A DNA stretch of 63,872 bases, filler included, from Saprolegnia diclina VS20 (Eukaryota), in the NCBI RefSeq assembly GCF_000281045.1. It is 5 parts of 2 records of this genome, joined end to end, with 100 filler letters (N's around TTAATTAATTAA, not from the genome) between each part and the next. Parts side by side here need not be neighbours in the genome. Positions count along the whole stretch, not along the records: positions 26,007 to 44,418 come from NW_008246072.1; 4 more parts are not named here. The stretch is one strand, 5' to 3'. Position numbers and translations under genes: made by a program. A model generated the notes under the pieces. The model searched no databases and was not told where the DNA came from. It saw only the letters and a list, made by a program, of their open reading frames with translations. Below are positions 32,794 to 44,518 of this stretch, in pieces. Position 1 is the first letter of the stretch. The number at the start of each line of letters is the position of its first letter.

Positions 32794-34181
32794 TTACAAG
32801 GCCATCGTGTGGTCGCTGCCACAGCTCACGGCGTGCACCTTCTGCGGCAGGCGCACTTGAATCGGGCTCTTGCGGGCAGCGGCAATGCTCTCGAGGTGGT
32901 CGCCACGGCCCAGCTGTCCGCTACGACCACGGCCAAAGACCCAGAGCGTGCCGTCCTCTAAGTCAGAGCGCAATGAGCCAGAGACAGACGACATGTGCAC
33001 TTGGCGTACCGGCAACGCACGCCGTGTGGCCGCCACCGCAGGCAATATGAACGATACGGACACCGTCGAGGTCGGTGACCTTGCGCGGGATGTTGCGGTC
33101 GTCGGTCGTGCCCAAGCCGAGCTGCCCGTCGCGGCCGCTGCCCCACGTGTACACTTCACCGGACGCCGTCAGCGCCGCGCTGTGGTAGTCGCCCGCCGCA
33201 ACTTGCACGACGCCGAGGCCATCGAGCGATGTGACGCGGACCGGCGACCGCTGGTAGCGCACCGTGCCGGCGACACCGAGCTGGCCATTGTCGTTGGCGC
33301 CCCAGCTGTAGACCTTCTTGTCCGTCGTGACGGCAAACGTGTGCTCTAAGGATTTGACGTTAGAAAGCACGCAGCAAAATGGAGGATGCCATACCGCGAC
33401 CGCATGTGACGCTTTCGAACGTCTCGTTCGGGATGACGAGCTTCTTGGGGCGGAACACGGGTTCGCGGTTCCCGAGGCCGAGCGCGCCTTCGTGGGCGTA
33501 GCCCCAGACGTAGAGCTAGTCCTCCATGTGATGTCCATGCCATTGCCGTCTGCAAGTGTACCTCGCCGTCCGTGGTCACGACGACCGTCTGCTGGCGGCC
33601 GCACGCCACGTCCTTGACCTTGCCGCTGAGTTCCTTGATCTCATTCGGGTAGCCGCGATTGGCATTGCTACAGAGCCCATGCATGAGCCATCAATGTCGT
33701 TGTGGCTTGGAGCGTCTACGTACTCGTGGCCGATCTGCGGGCAGCCGTGGCGACCCCACGTCCAGAGGCGATGGTCTTTTGTGAGCGCAGCCATGTGGTA
33801 CTCACCGATTTCGAGCTTGACGACGTCTCCGACGAGCTGGAGGAGCTGCGGCGTCGACTGGTTGGGCGTATCAATGTCGTCGCCGTGGCCAAGACGTGCG
33901 TTGCCGCCGGCGCCAAACGTGTAGACATGGCCATCGGCGGTCAAGACCGCGGACGAGTTGCCACCGCAGGCGACGCCGGCCGCGTGCGGCAGCTTGATAG
34001 CTTGCGGCGCCGAGATGTCGTTCTCGTGGCCGTGGCCGAGCTGGCCAAAGGCGTTCGAGCCCCACGAGTAGGCCTGCGCCTCCGTCGCCGGCGGGGCGGC
34101 CTTGAGGTGCGCGGGCGAGGCCGTTGAGAGGAGCGCAGCAGCGCCGAGCGGCGCAAAGCGAGCAGCGATACGGCGGTACAT
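32794..34181 (-). CDS. RCC1-repeat protein with probable mitochondrial presequence (multi-exon)
   Basis: Repeated YSWGSNAFGQLGHG, VAAGDYHSAALT, VYTWGSGRDGQLGLG, IACGGGHT. The N-terminus MYRRIAARFAPLGAAALLST is Arg-rich and lacks acidic residues. Confidence 0.9.
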
Positions 34182-35239
34182 GATGAAGATGGGGTGGCAA
34201 GCGCGAGGCAAATGTAAATCTACGGGCTTCCTCCGGCGTCGCCAAACTCAATAGATCCGCATAGACAAGCAAATATGTATTTTCCGAGGTTTTCTATCCG
34301 GACAAGAGTCCGCACACGCACGATTCTGGACGGCGCGCCAAGCCTCTCTGGGTCGCGCGAGAGCTCCTTTCCTGCGATTAGAATATATTCCGTGCGAATC
34401 CACGCAAGCGTATATTTGACAAAAGCATTGGCTCGCAGGCCGCGCCATGACGACCGCAGAAAATATGGTGCACCATCTGTGTTGGCCGTCGCAACACATG
34501 CGGTACAGTATACTACACTGTGGACGCTAGAGTCCGAATCGACGCTGTGTTTTTCTAGGGTCTTCTTCATCGCCCTTGGTCTATTCAAATACAAACAATG
34601 GATAGTCGATGCAGTCAAGAATGGGGTGGCGTCGGGTCGATCGAATGTGAGAGGTATGCAATAGATGCGGAGCGTGTACGTGGCGCCATGTCCGGCCAGG
34701 AATGGTTTTCAACACGTCGACGTGTGCTTTGTGTAGTTCGTCATGCGTGTCAATGCTGGCAATGCGTATACATGTAGAGGAATAGGGTGTCTAGCTCTTT
34801 GCGTGTTGCTGATGCCTAGATGCATCTACACTTGCTTCTCAAGCTGCCCTGCTCAACCGCCAAGTCGCAATTTTTGGCTACCACACCGAAACGAGCGGCT
34901 CCGTCTAGTCTTTGACCGGCGAGGAGTAATCAAGACATGTCTTCTCAACACCACTGAGCCTTTGCGTTGCGACCGTTGGCAGCGACTGGGACTCGTACTG
35001 CGGAGCGTAGACTGCAGTGCGCGCCGAGCGAGCTGATCGCGACAGGGCTTGTGCAGCTAGGTCCCCACCAGTATAAGTAGTCGATTCTCAAGTGCCCATG
35101 CGGCGGTTTGCGTATTTTGTCTCGACGGTTTGTCCGTCCAACGTGGCATGCACAGCACCGAGTGCATCAACACACAAGGAATTTTCAGTCATTTTTTCTA
35201 TTTTCTCTAGTACATTCTACATCTAAGCGTCGTCGTACG

Positions 35240-36891
35240 CTACGTCGTCGACGTGTGCACCACTGCAAAGAGTGCCGCTTTCGCGTCACGAACGAGGTCG
35301 ACGACAACGAGGCTCGTCGGTCGCTTCGTGATCAGAGGCGTCGTGCATTTGAGAATCTAGTCGGCATGCATCCATACGATCATTAGGGCAGATGCGCATT
35401 GCCGTACCACCGAAAGCATTGGCGGCGGCACGACCTCGACGAGCTCGGATTCGAGCGTATACGTCTGCGCGAGCACGGCCTCAAGAAACACATCGCGCGA
35501 CTCTCGCTTGTGGGCCTACATGTCAGAGCATTTGGTGCGTGCGACCGAGAGCAACGACGACGGACCGCAAATGGTGCCGCTTCCCCGAGCGCGAGCTCGG
35601 CCAATAGAATGCCAAATGCATACACGTCGGTCTTGCGCGTGAGCGCCCCGTCATTCAAGCTGTCTGGCGCAGCCCTAGATCACGCACCATGAGACGTATC
35701 GCGCGTCAGATGTTGTACCACGGCAGGTCCACCGCGTCGCCTGTCGTCGGCCGAGCGCTGGGAAAGCCGTGCAAGCGGTAGCGGTCGTTGTCGTCCTTGA
35801 AGACGGCCGTGTGCCGAATCCCACCGTGGATCACCTTGGCCAAGTGCAGCTGCGTCATGGCCGACGCAATGTCCATGGCCACCGCAGTCGTCGCACGGGA
35901 CCACGGCTCGGCCGCCACGTGTGTCAGCGGCACCGCATGCTCGTAGAGAACACACCAGGCGTGCTCGTGCAATGAAAACCCTCGCAGTCGCAGCAGCATG
36001 TGGTCCTACGAAGAAAATGGTTATCGACGGCTTGTCCAACGACGCGTCAAGACCTTGGGGAGTGTCGCGTACGTCGAGAGAATCGAAGTGACGTCGACGA
36101 CCGAGAGCGCTAGCTGCAATAGCACGGACTCCTTGCCGACGTTGCCAACAAGGAGGGCATTGGCAGTGTGCGATCTCTACATCGCACCGGATGAGATGCG
36201 CTAGAAAGGACAGCATTGGGTGTACGTCGAGGGTCCAGCGCTCGGGCGGGATCCAATAGCCTCCGAAGGGCTTGAGGCAGTCGTGTTGGCGGTAGTCGCT
36301 GTGTGACGGTGACGACGGCACGGCATTCGACGGCGATGGCGGCGGCACCACACGACTCGGTGTCATCGGGCGACTCGTGGGCGAAGCGGCGACCGGACTC
36401 TTGGGCGGCGACACCAGCATCGGCTTTGCGACCGGCTTGGTGAGCACGACGACCGACGGCTGGCTCGCGAGCGTCGTGTCGTACAAGACTTCCATGCGCA
36501 CGTTGAGCTCGCCGCCGTCGGGCTTGGCGCCGTTGGGTGTCCGGGCTTTGGCCTGCTTGCGGTAGACGGGCAGCCACTCTTGACGCAATTCGCGGTCGCG
36601 CCATAAGGCCAAGTCGATGCGGATGCTCACAAAGCCGATGCTGTTGTCGGGCAAGAAGGCAGCATTGGCGTTGCGAATGTCAATGTCGAGGACGGCCTTG
36701 TCGGTATGTGTCTTGAACGAAAACACAAACGGGGCATTCCAAAAGGGCGCGGCGCCGCCGTTGTCGTGGTACTCGGTGCGCTCGCTGCGGGTGCCCAGCG
36801 TCAGAATGCAGTACGGGTCCTGCGTCCCAAAGAGCTGCGCCCGCGCGAGGCCACGGGCTTCGATGAGCGTCACATGCAGCTCGACGGCCAT
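35240..36891 (-). CDS. C2 domain + Pro-rich linker + pseudokinase (multi-exon)
   Basis: C2: VELHVTLIEARGL..QDPYC..PFWNAPFVF. Kinase-fold remnants: IHGGIRHTAVF, APDSL, KTDVYAFGILLAEL, C..KRPTS. Exon boundaries are partly inferred. Confidence 0.72.
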
Positions 36892-37357
36892 GACCAAATG
36901 CAAAATGCAAAATGCAAAATGGGCGTTTGCCGTTTGGGAGCACATGCAACATATCAGCCAATCATGCGCCGCCAATCGCGTAGGTAATCAATTCGCGCGA
37001 TGCCATTGGCTGGACGTTTTTCACATGGATATCTCACGTCGTCGCGTGGCTTTTTCACATACTGGATGCAAGTAGGTGTGTGAATTGTGCTCGACGTGCG
37101 CAACGTGAAAAACTACGTGAGCAAAGGGTGTGTCGCAGCTCACGCCGGCACGCGCTTGCAAGGAACGCTCGCAGGATGGTATGCATACAAGGTGGCTGTC
37201 AACGAGCACCACCATGCATCTCGCCATGTACCTAGGATGCCTGCGCCTTGGACAAGAACCACCAGCTGGTATGTGGCAAGACTCCACTTGGAATTTAGGA
37301 ATTTGAGCACCCACAAAGCCAGGTTCGAAGCGCATCCCACTCCGTTGGCGACGGGAT

Positions 37358-39911
37358 CTATGCGGTCTCGCTGCGCTTGGCGGCGCGGCGTGGGTTGACG
37401 TGCATTGTGCAGGTGGGAGCTGTGCCCGCTTCAACGCCAGCCGTGCGCAAGAGAGCCGACGCGGTCGCCCGCGCCTGCGGGTGGGCACCGGTACTCGCGC
37501 GCTCAAGGAGTTTTTGCGTTTGGTAGCAGCACGTCCGGCACCGAACGAACGAGCACTGCGTCGTGAGCGGAATTTCCTGGGCGCAGCCTGGCTGCCGACA
37601 CTGCTGGCGCTCGGTAATGTTGTTGGTCGTCCAGATCGGCGTGTCGTGCTCGACTTGCAGCTTGACAGCTTCGCGCTGAAGCCGCCGAAACTTGGCCACG
37701 TTGGCGGCTTGGGTCTCGAGCGACGACAACGCATCGGCCACTGCCAAGGGCGCAAAGAACGAAGTGACGTCGGCGAGGCAATGCAGCGGCACGGTCGGAC
37801 ACCCAGCCTCGCCGGCGCGTTCGACGAGCGACTCGGTTGACGCCGGAAGCGTCTGCTGCACGATCGGCGCCTCGTCATAAATGGCGCACACGTCGTTGCA
37901 CGCGGCCTCGTACAGTACGTGGCGCGTCTCCGGGTCTTCAACTCCCACGCTGTTGGTCAGCTGCGTCAAGAACATCCGGATCGGCGCTAAAGCGTTTTGA
38001 AAAAGTTAATAAGTCACTTGATACAATGATAGAATACGATGACCACGCACCGTTGCGAATCGTGGGTTCGAGGACAAGAATCAGACGTTTGCATGGGTTG
38101 TCGCTAGCGATGCGCTGCACCATGGCGTGTTCGACGCGCCGGTTGAGTACTCTGCAGCTCAGCAAGAGAAGAGAGATATGGACCGTCGTGTCGGTGCATC
38201 TCCAGGCGGCGACGCCGACAAGCCCGTAGTGCCCGTACTTGTCCGTGACTGACACGTACAGAATCGTGGCGGTCGTTGCAAGTTCTTGCAGTTGCTCCTA
38301 GACGCGGTATGACGCAATTTGTTGGTTCTTTGGGATGGGCGTACCACAGTGGTGTACGTTCGCGTTGCTGTTGTTTGGAGATTGAACTGATTGGTGCGCT
38401 GGCAGAGCTGCGCGATGCGTTCTAGCGTCGCCGTCGGCGTCGTCGACGTCACTGTCTGCATTTCGACGTGCATGCCAAGGGCGGCAAGGACCTTTGTATC
38501 GTCTTGGCTGGTGCGTTTTGCTTGCAACTGCCGCTTGTACATGGCCGTGCGCGCCTTGTCTTCTGCTGTCGTGACGACCGCGCTAAAGTTGGCGTCGAGC
38601 GCCCATACAGTCGCCGCAAACTAGCCACGACATCGTGTCTTCCATGCTATCGAGATAGGGCAACTCGTACGTTGGGTGTTAGCTTGGGCACGAGCGGGAC
38701 ATGGACCACCGCAAGGGACGGGCACGCTGCGCGCACCGCGGCACACTCGAGCGCATTGTCGTCAAAGAAGACAGCGCTGTCCATGCCCAGCGAGAGCTCA
38801 TGCAGCATCGCGATGATGTTATCAGCTTTGGGCTCGTGGTTGATGCGACTGGATACGATGTGCGTGTTAAGATCGAGAAGCTACGTGGCCATTCGGAGTG
38901 ACATCATCGAGGAGGACGGCAAGTGACCATGTCGGGGTGTTGTTGAAGCACGGTGTTTACGTCCGCAGAGATGTTCTTGCTGCAAAGACAGAGAAGCGTC
39001 CCGTGGGCATATCGCTCGATGAGAAATCTCTGAAACGCAGCATGGGCATTCGTGATAGCGATTTGTGCCAGTCCTACGCACTTCTTCAATGATCGTGGAT
39101 GTAGCGGCTGAGTACCGTCTTCGGCAATCGCGCCGGACCATAATGTGTGGTCGCAGTCGAGGATCAGCACCTAGCATGAAAGAGGATTTAGTTGAGAGGG
39201 TTTAGTCGAATCGATGAAGGGACAATTGGACGATTTAGCACCGACCTTTTTGGGTCCACGAAAAACGCGGCAGATTTGCCGCGCGGCCTGCAGCGCCAAG
39301 AGGTTATTCATCCAGTGCGTGTACGGGTTGTGCATGGCGAGGTCTACGCCATCTTGGTCACGGTATATGTTAGCGTCAGTGTACCCAAGGTTGCATTGTA
39401 AAAGGTATCGTTGGCGCCGTAGACCGCACGGAGGTCGGACACAAGCGTGGCGTGTGCTGGCATGTGAGCGCGCAAATAGTCATCGTCATTGGCGCTACAT
39501 GGTATCGTATCGGGCGGTGATGGGCAGAGCACGACAACGAGGTGCCGAGAGGGATTGAGCGCCATGTGCGACGCCAGCAGCGCAAGCGCCTCGTCCATGC
39601 GGTCAGTCGTCGACGGCGCAGGTCCTGCTTGGCGCAGCTCGGGGTGGTCGTACTGGACATCGCACGTGCGCAGAAAGAGCAGGGTCATGCAGTGGCGATG
39701 GGTGTGTACATGCGGGCGCGGCAGGAGCACGCGCCACTGGCCGTACGGCATCCACTGCAAGGTCGCCGTGACGGACGGCAGCGCCTGCACCAACGTCAGT
39801 ATGAATCCTTTGCTTCATGATACCTACGTTTTGAAAGACGAACGGTATGCGTGAGTAGAGCGCATCGGCGGCAAAGGTCGCGCCGACCAGCACGTCGACG
39901 GTCCCCACCAT
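37358..39911 (-). CDS. FkbH-like protein (HAD-IIIC phosphatase/glyceryl-transferase), multi-exon, with Cys-rich C-terminal extension
   Basis: Successive exons carry ATFAADAL, HNPYT, VLILDCDHTLWSGAIAEDG, LCLCSKN, PKADNI, FFDDNALEC, RIAQLCQRTNQFN, DKYGHYGLVG and LLSCRVLNRRVEHAM, in FkbH order. Confidence 0.85.
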
Positions 39912-40472
39912 GATGACCACGGTGAATTCGCCGCTTTGGATTGGCCCGCGCCGTTTCGGCACGGTCCGATTTGAATGGCGGCAAAGTCCTGGATTCTGCA
40001 TTGAATTCGGCAAAGTCCGAAATGAAGTCGACACCCATGAACCAACTCAAGCATCAACACGCTCGCAACCCAGCCTGCTCGCAACCCGTGCAAGGTCGAG
40101 CTGCAACGTCGTGGTCTCTTGCTCGCACGAGCGTGCGCAGCTCAGATTATGCCAGCTGCGAAAGACGCTATCATGACGTTTCGCCAGACGTACGCTATCT
40201 ACTTGGTCAAGCAACGGGGTACAATGGTACATGAGACCTCGTGCGGAAGAAATGGACAGCTGGGCATGCCGCAGCGTTGAACCACGTATACCCAGGATCC
40301 ATAAAACGACATAGCGAATTTTGAAATATTCTAGAAGTATGAGGAAGCCAGCCGAGGAAGTCCGTATAGGTATGGGCTGATGATACTGGACACGCGTTGG
40401 ACACTGGTCTGTCCATTCTACGCATACGTATTAGCGTGTTGTTGTGATGTTGATGGCATAACCCAATTTGAA

Positions 40473-41075
40473 ATGCCACAGCTCGTGCTCCGCCCGTATA
40501 CAAAGAACCGTTCGTGCAACCCGCTCGAGCACGCCGAGGAGTGGCGCGTCATGGTCGCGAACGGCGGCGGTATCACGGACGACCGCTTCACGCAAGAGAT
40601 GCTGCAGCAGCGCCTCATGGAGCTCAACACGCAATTTGAAGCGTACTCAAAGCGCGTCTACAAACGCATTTTTCTCTTGGTGCACTTGCCCATGCTATTG
40701 CTGCTCACGTGCCTCATCGGGTCCGTCATCGTGCTCATCGCGCTCGGCAGCACGCAGTCGGCGCTCGACCGGCGCCTCTATGGCAGCGTCTTTGGCCGCG
40801 TCTTTCCCTACATTGCGATTGCGGTCGTGCTCCTAGCTTGCCTCGTCGGTCTTGGCGCCAGGGCCGTCTTCCGCAACATCCAATCGGGCTTTGTCGAGAC
40901 CGTCAACTACATGAATGTTCGCGACGAGGTGTACGAGGTGCGCTGGAGCTACGTCATGGCGCAGACAACTTCGTACTTTTCGCGCGAAGCAAGCCAGTTT
41001 GGCGCGATTTTGATCACGCGTGGCCCGCCGCCGCCGCAGCCGCCCGTCCAAATCGTCTACCGCTGCGTGTATTAA
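40473..41075 (+). CDS. Two-TM membrane protein, hypothetical
   Basis: Two hydrophobic stretches (IFLLVHLPMLLLLTCLIGSVIVLIALG; IAIAVVLLACLVGLG) and coding-like bias. Confidence 0.7.
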   Translation: MPQLVLRPYTKNRSCNPLEHAEEWRVMVANGGGITDDRFTQEMLQQRLMELNTQFEAYSKRVYKRIFLLVHLPMLLLLTCLIGSVIVLIALGSTQSALDRRLYGSVFGRVFPYIAIAVVLLACLVGLGARAVFRNIQSGFVETVNYMNVRDEVYEVRWSYVMAQTTSYFSREASQFGAILITRGPPPPQPPVQIVYRCVY

Positions 41076-42121
41076 TCGTGTAATGTATACTCTTCCTGCG
41101 TGGTCGCAACGGCGCATGCAACGTCGTGAGATCGACCGTGTGCATCAATGCCATCGATGCACCCAACATGGTGCCCAAGACGGAACCTGATGCGATGCGC
41201 ATTGAAGACATCGCTGCCGTGCACTTGGTGGCGCACTGCCCAACACGGGTGCAGCCCGACGCCCGTGGCGAGAACGTGCCACACGTGAACCTTCCCAGAA
41301 CAACACACGTGGCGACTGCAGGTCTGAGGCAGGAGAAACCACCATTGCAACGCGGTGACACCCACATGCAGAGGCTGCCGGCGCGTGGCTTGAGTTTGAC
41401 GCTGTGTGCATGGCACTCAGTGCGAGAGTGCGCGTCGAACCATCATTTTCATGCACTCGCCTGTTTGGAAATTGCCAGAAGAGCAGAGACAGCTGCTCAG
41501 GTCAGCATCTTTCTGCGCCAACACGTTTTTGGCCATGTCGTGAGGCTCCCAGCTTCATAGGTGCGCGCACCATCGATCTTTGTCTCGTCGTATTGATGCA
41601 CGACCCGTGCTCTTGTCGCAAGCGTCGTCCTTGGTATATTTAATGTATCCCGAATCCTTTTTGAACAAAATGTGCCAGGATGCTCTCGGTCGTCCGAGAG
41701 CGTCGTCCCAAGATGGATGCCGGACATGAACGCGACCGATGACCCGTCCATGTCGCTTGCGGTCTTCACGCTGTACAACCCTCTTGACGGTGCTTGCTTA
41801 CCGCGGCCATCACTTTCATCATCACCACGCTGTCGATGGCGATGACGCCGCTCGTCGGCGGTGATGATCACAATGTTTTGATTCCGCACTCTCTGGGCCT
41901 GGGCCAGCGACGAGGGCAAATTGTGATCACGCAAAACCGGTGTGTGGTCGTCCCGTATTACTCACAGCTGCTTGCCTGTCCATCGACCATTTGCGAGAAG
42001 TCCAACGCGAGTCGACAACGATTCAAATATTTTTGAATGCGTGTCCCAATTGCTCCCGCGTACGGCAAGGCTGCTTGACGTCCTGCATTCGATCTCTGCC
42101 CCTCGAGGACGCACACCACGA

Positions 42122-42571
42122 ATGGAGCTCATTCTCACGCTTCGCGAAGCGCGCAACCTCAAGCGTACGCAGCTCCTTGGCGCGCAAGACCCGTACTGCC
42201 ATGTGAACATCGCCAACATCTTTGACGCGACAACCGAGGTCCACCACCACGGCGGCTCCAACCCGTGGTGGAATGCCTCGTTCTTGCTCTCGGTGCCCGA
42301 GACAATTCCGTCGGGCCTGACGCTCTCTGTGCACATCAAGAATGCCATGCACGTTTTGCCCGACCGCTCCATTGGCAAGGCCCGTATCGACCTCGATGCG
42401 CTTGCGTCGGCGCTCGCAACCGACGATATTTACCACAATTGGGTCCCCGTCCTGCACAACGGTGTACATGTTGGCGACATTAGCATTGCGTTGGAGCTTG
42501 CCGGCATCGACGACGTACGCGCCAATGTCATCTCGCTCACGTCGCCACCCGTTGTGGCCATTGCAACGTGA
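42122..42571 (+). CDS. Stand-alone C2-domain protein
   Basis: MELILTLREARNLKRTQLLGAQDPYC..HHHGGSNPWWNASF..DRSIGKARIDL; paralogous to the C2 domain starting at 36891. Confidence 0.82.
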   Translation: MELILTLREARNLKRTQLLGAQDPYCHVNIANIFDATTEVHHHGGSNPWWNASFLLSVPETIPSGLTLSVHIKNAMHVLPDRSIGKARIDLDALASALATDDIYHNWVPVLHNGVHVGDISIALELAGIDDVRANVISLTSPPVVAIAT

Positions 42572-42909
42572 TCGATTGCATGTTTCTGTATTTATACCAA
42601 GTATGAAAAGCTATACACGCTCTCATTAACTGTACCGTCTCGGCTTTGCGTCCGCTTGGAAGTTTGGCGATCGCACGGCCTGTACTAGCATCTCGACGTG
42701 TCGAGGATGTTATTCCAGGAGCAACACAGTCGTCGCGGTTTGACGGTGTGAGAAGAGTGTTCAAGGAAGGCGCGGACGATCAAGTGAATCGACGAGCGGC
42801 CTCGGGTAAGAAAACGACATTGGATTGTGCAAATCTCGCGCCCTAACAAGTCAAGAGTGCTTTGTTGGCGCGCCAGCTTGGAGCGGCAACATGGGTTTTT
42901 CGAATCTGC

Positions 42910-43205
42910 TTATCCGGATTCAACTTCTCGCCTTTTAGCGAAATTTGGGTGTGGTATTCGTGAAACAATGTGTAAGAACGCCATTTCACACGAATTTGTG
43001 GTACTTTTCACATTCATTTCTACACATGACGGCGATTTATCCGGACACGCCTTCTCGCCTTTAGCGAAATTTGAGTGTGGTAACATACAAATAATGTGTA
43101 AAAGCGCGATTTCACACTTATTTTCAGAACAAATTACATTCGTTTCTACACATCTTGGCATTTTTTCCGGATACACCTTTTCGAACTTGAGCAAAAATTG
43201 AGTGC
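42910..43205. repeat. Diverged ~126-bp tandem repeat, ~2.3 copies, AT-rich
   Basis: TCCGGA anchors at ~42913, 43040 and 43166. TTAGCGAAATTTG.GTGTGGTA, ATGTGTAA, ATTTCACAC and TTTCTACACAT recur at the same period. Confidence 0.85.
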
Positions 43206-43231
43206 AGAAGCTGTGGATGATGCACCACGGC

Positions 43232-43588
43232 CACCACGTTCGTGGCAACTTCGCGCAAAATGGCGATGAACGTCGTGATTAGAACCTTCTTGCTGAACGG
43301 AAGAACGGGATTTGGAGCGCAGCGCGCACGAAGCCAGATCACTGGATCACGGATTCGTATTTCATGTTGAGGATTTCTGGGTCGCCTTCATCTTGTTGGA
43401 CGACGAGATCGCGGTGCATGCACACGTAAGCTATTTCTAACCTGCGCTCACACCAGTCCTATCACCCTTACTCCCCTCTGACCGCTCCCTCCTCCTCTAC
43501 ACGCCTCACGATCATCCGCTCTCCAAGAAGGTACGAATCACGACGTTCGTTGCCATGTGTGTGCGAAGTTGCCACGGACTCGGCGGTC
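43232..43588. repeat. Imperfect ~70-bp inverted repeat (arms ~43232-43300 and ~43516-43588)
   Basis: The reverse complement of the left arm (CAAGAAGGTTCTAATCACGACGTTCATCGCCATTTTGCGCGAAGTTGCCACG) aligns with the right arm (CAAGAAGGTACGAATCACGACGTTCGTTGCCATGTGTGTGCGAAGTTGCCACG). Confidence 0.82.
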
Positions 43589-44418
43589 CAAGCCACCAAC
43601 GACAGCATTTTCAGCGCCATCGCGCTACCACGGTCAATCCCGCGCTACCAAACCGAGGAACTTGACGCGCTCAACGAGACCGACAACGACATTCGTCCAG
43701 GTCCAGCCAACATGCAACTTTAGTGCCACCTAGTCTAGCCTCAGCACGAAGAACGGTCTCAGTTACTTAATAAGCCAAAACACATAGTAACTCACGGTAT
43801 GCACCCCAGACGCAGTGAAAACTACTAAGCGCACCAATCCCATTTTCGCCATTTTCGCACGTTACCGAAGTGTGGGGCATTCCAAGTCGCAGCAGCGCCA
43901 TTTGGTGCGCAGCTTCGCCAAGCAGCGCTTCGCGCAAGAGCCCCGCCCTTGGGCACGGCTTCGCCGTGCAGCGCTGCGCGCAAGATCGATAGGCGCACTG
44001 CGTGCGCCTTGACTCGCTTCGCTCGTCAGCAGCGCTTTGCGCTGGAGGGGTACAAACATAGGGAGTAGACGATTGTGTGTTGTGAAAGGATTGAGAGTGA
44101 GTGTAGTAGTTAGGCTTCACAAGGGAGGAGTGCTGGGCCCTCGGAAACCAGTCCAATAGTCAGTGGCAAGCCAACTGGACTATCGGAAGTTGTAAAAATG
44201 AATGTGAAAAAAAACCACACCGAAGTGTGGAAATCAGTTTTCACACTGATTAGAACAGATACTACACTTGATCTTAGCCAAAAGGCCGAGAAGGTATGCT
44301 TGTTCTATGTTGCGATCTCACGCTCCTACGGTGAAAAACACTTCGTGTTTTTCACCGCGGGAGCGTGTAAAGCGCTTGCTGTAATGGGGCAGCGTATGAT
44401 AAAAATAGGTACGAAATT

Positions 44419-44518
44419 NNNNNNNNNNNNNNNNNNNNNNNNNNNNNNNNNNNNNNNNNNNNTTAATTAATTAANNNNNNNNNNNNNNNNNNNNNNNNNN
44501 NNNNNNNNNNNNNNNNNN
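44419..44518. other. Scaffold gap with linker
   Basis: N-run plus TTAATTAATTAA. Confidence 0.98.

Noticed and set aside
36895..36921. (CAAAATG)x3-4 just upstream of the C2-pseudokinase ATG
   Set aside because: Short slippage repeat with no evidence of function.
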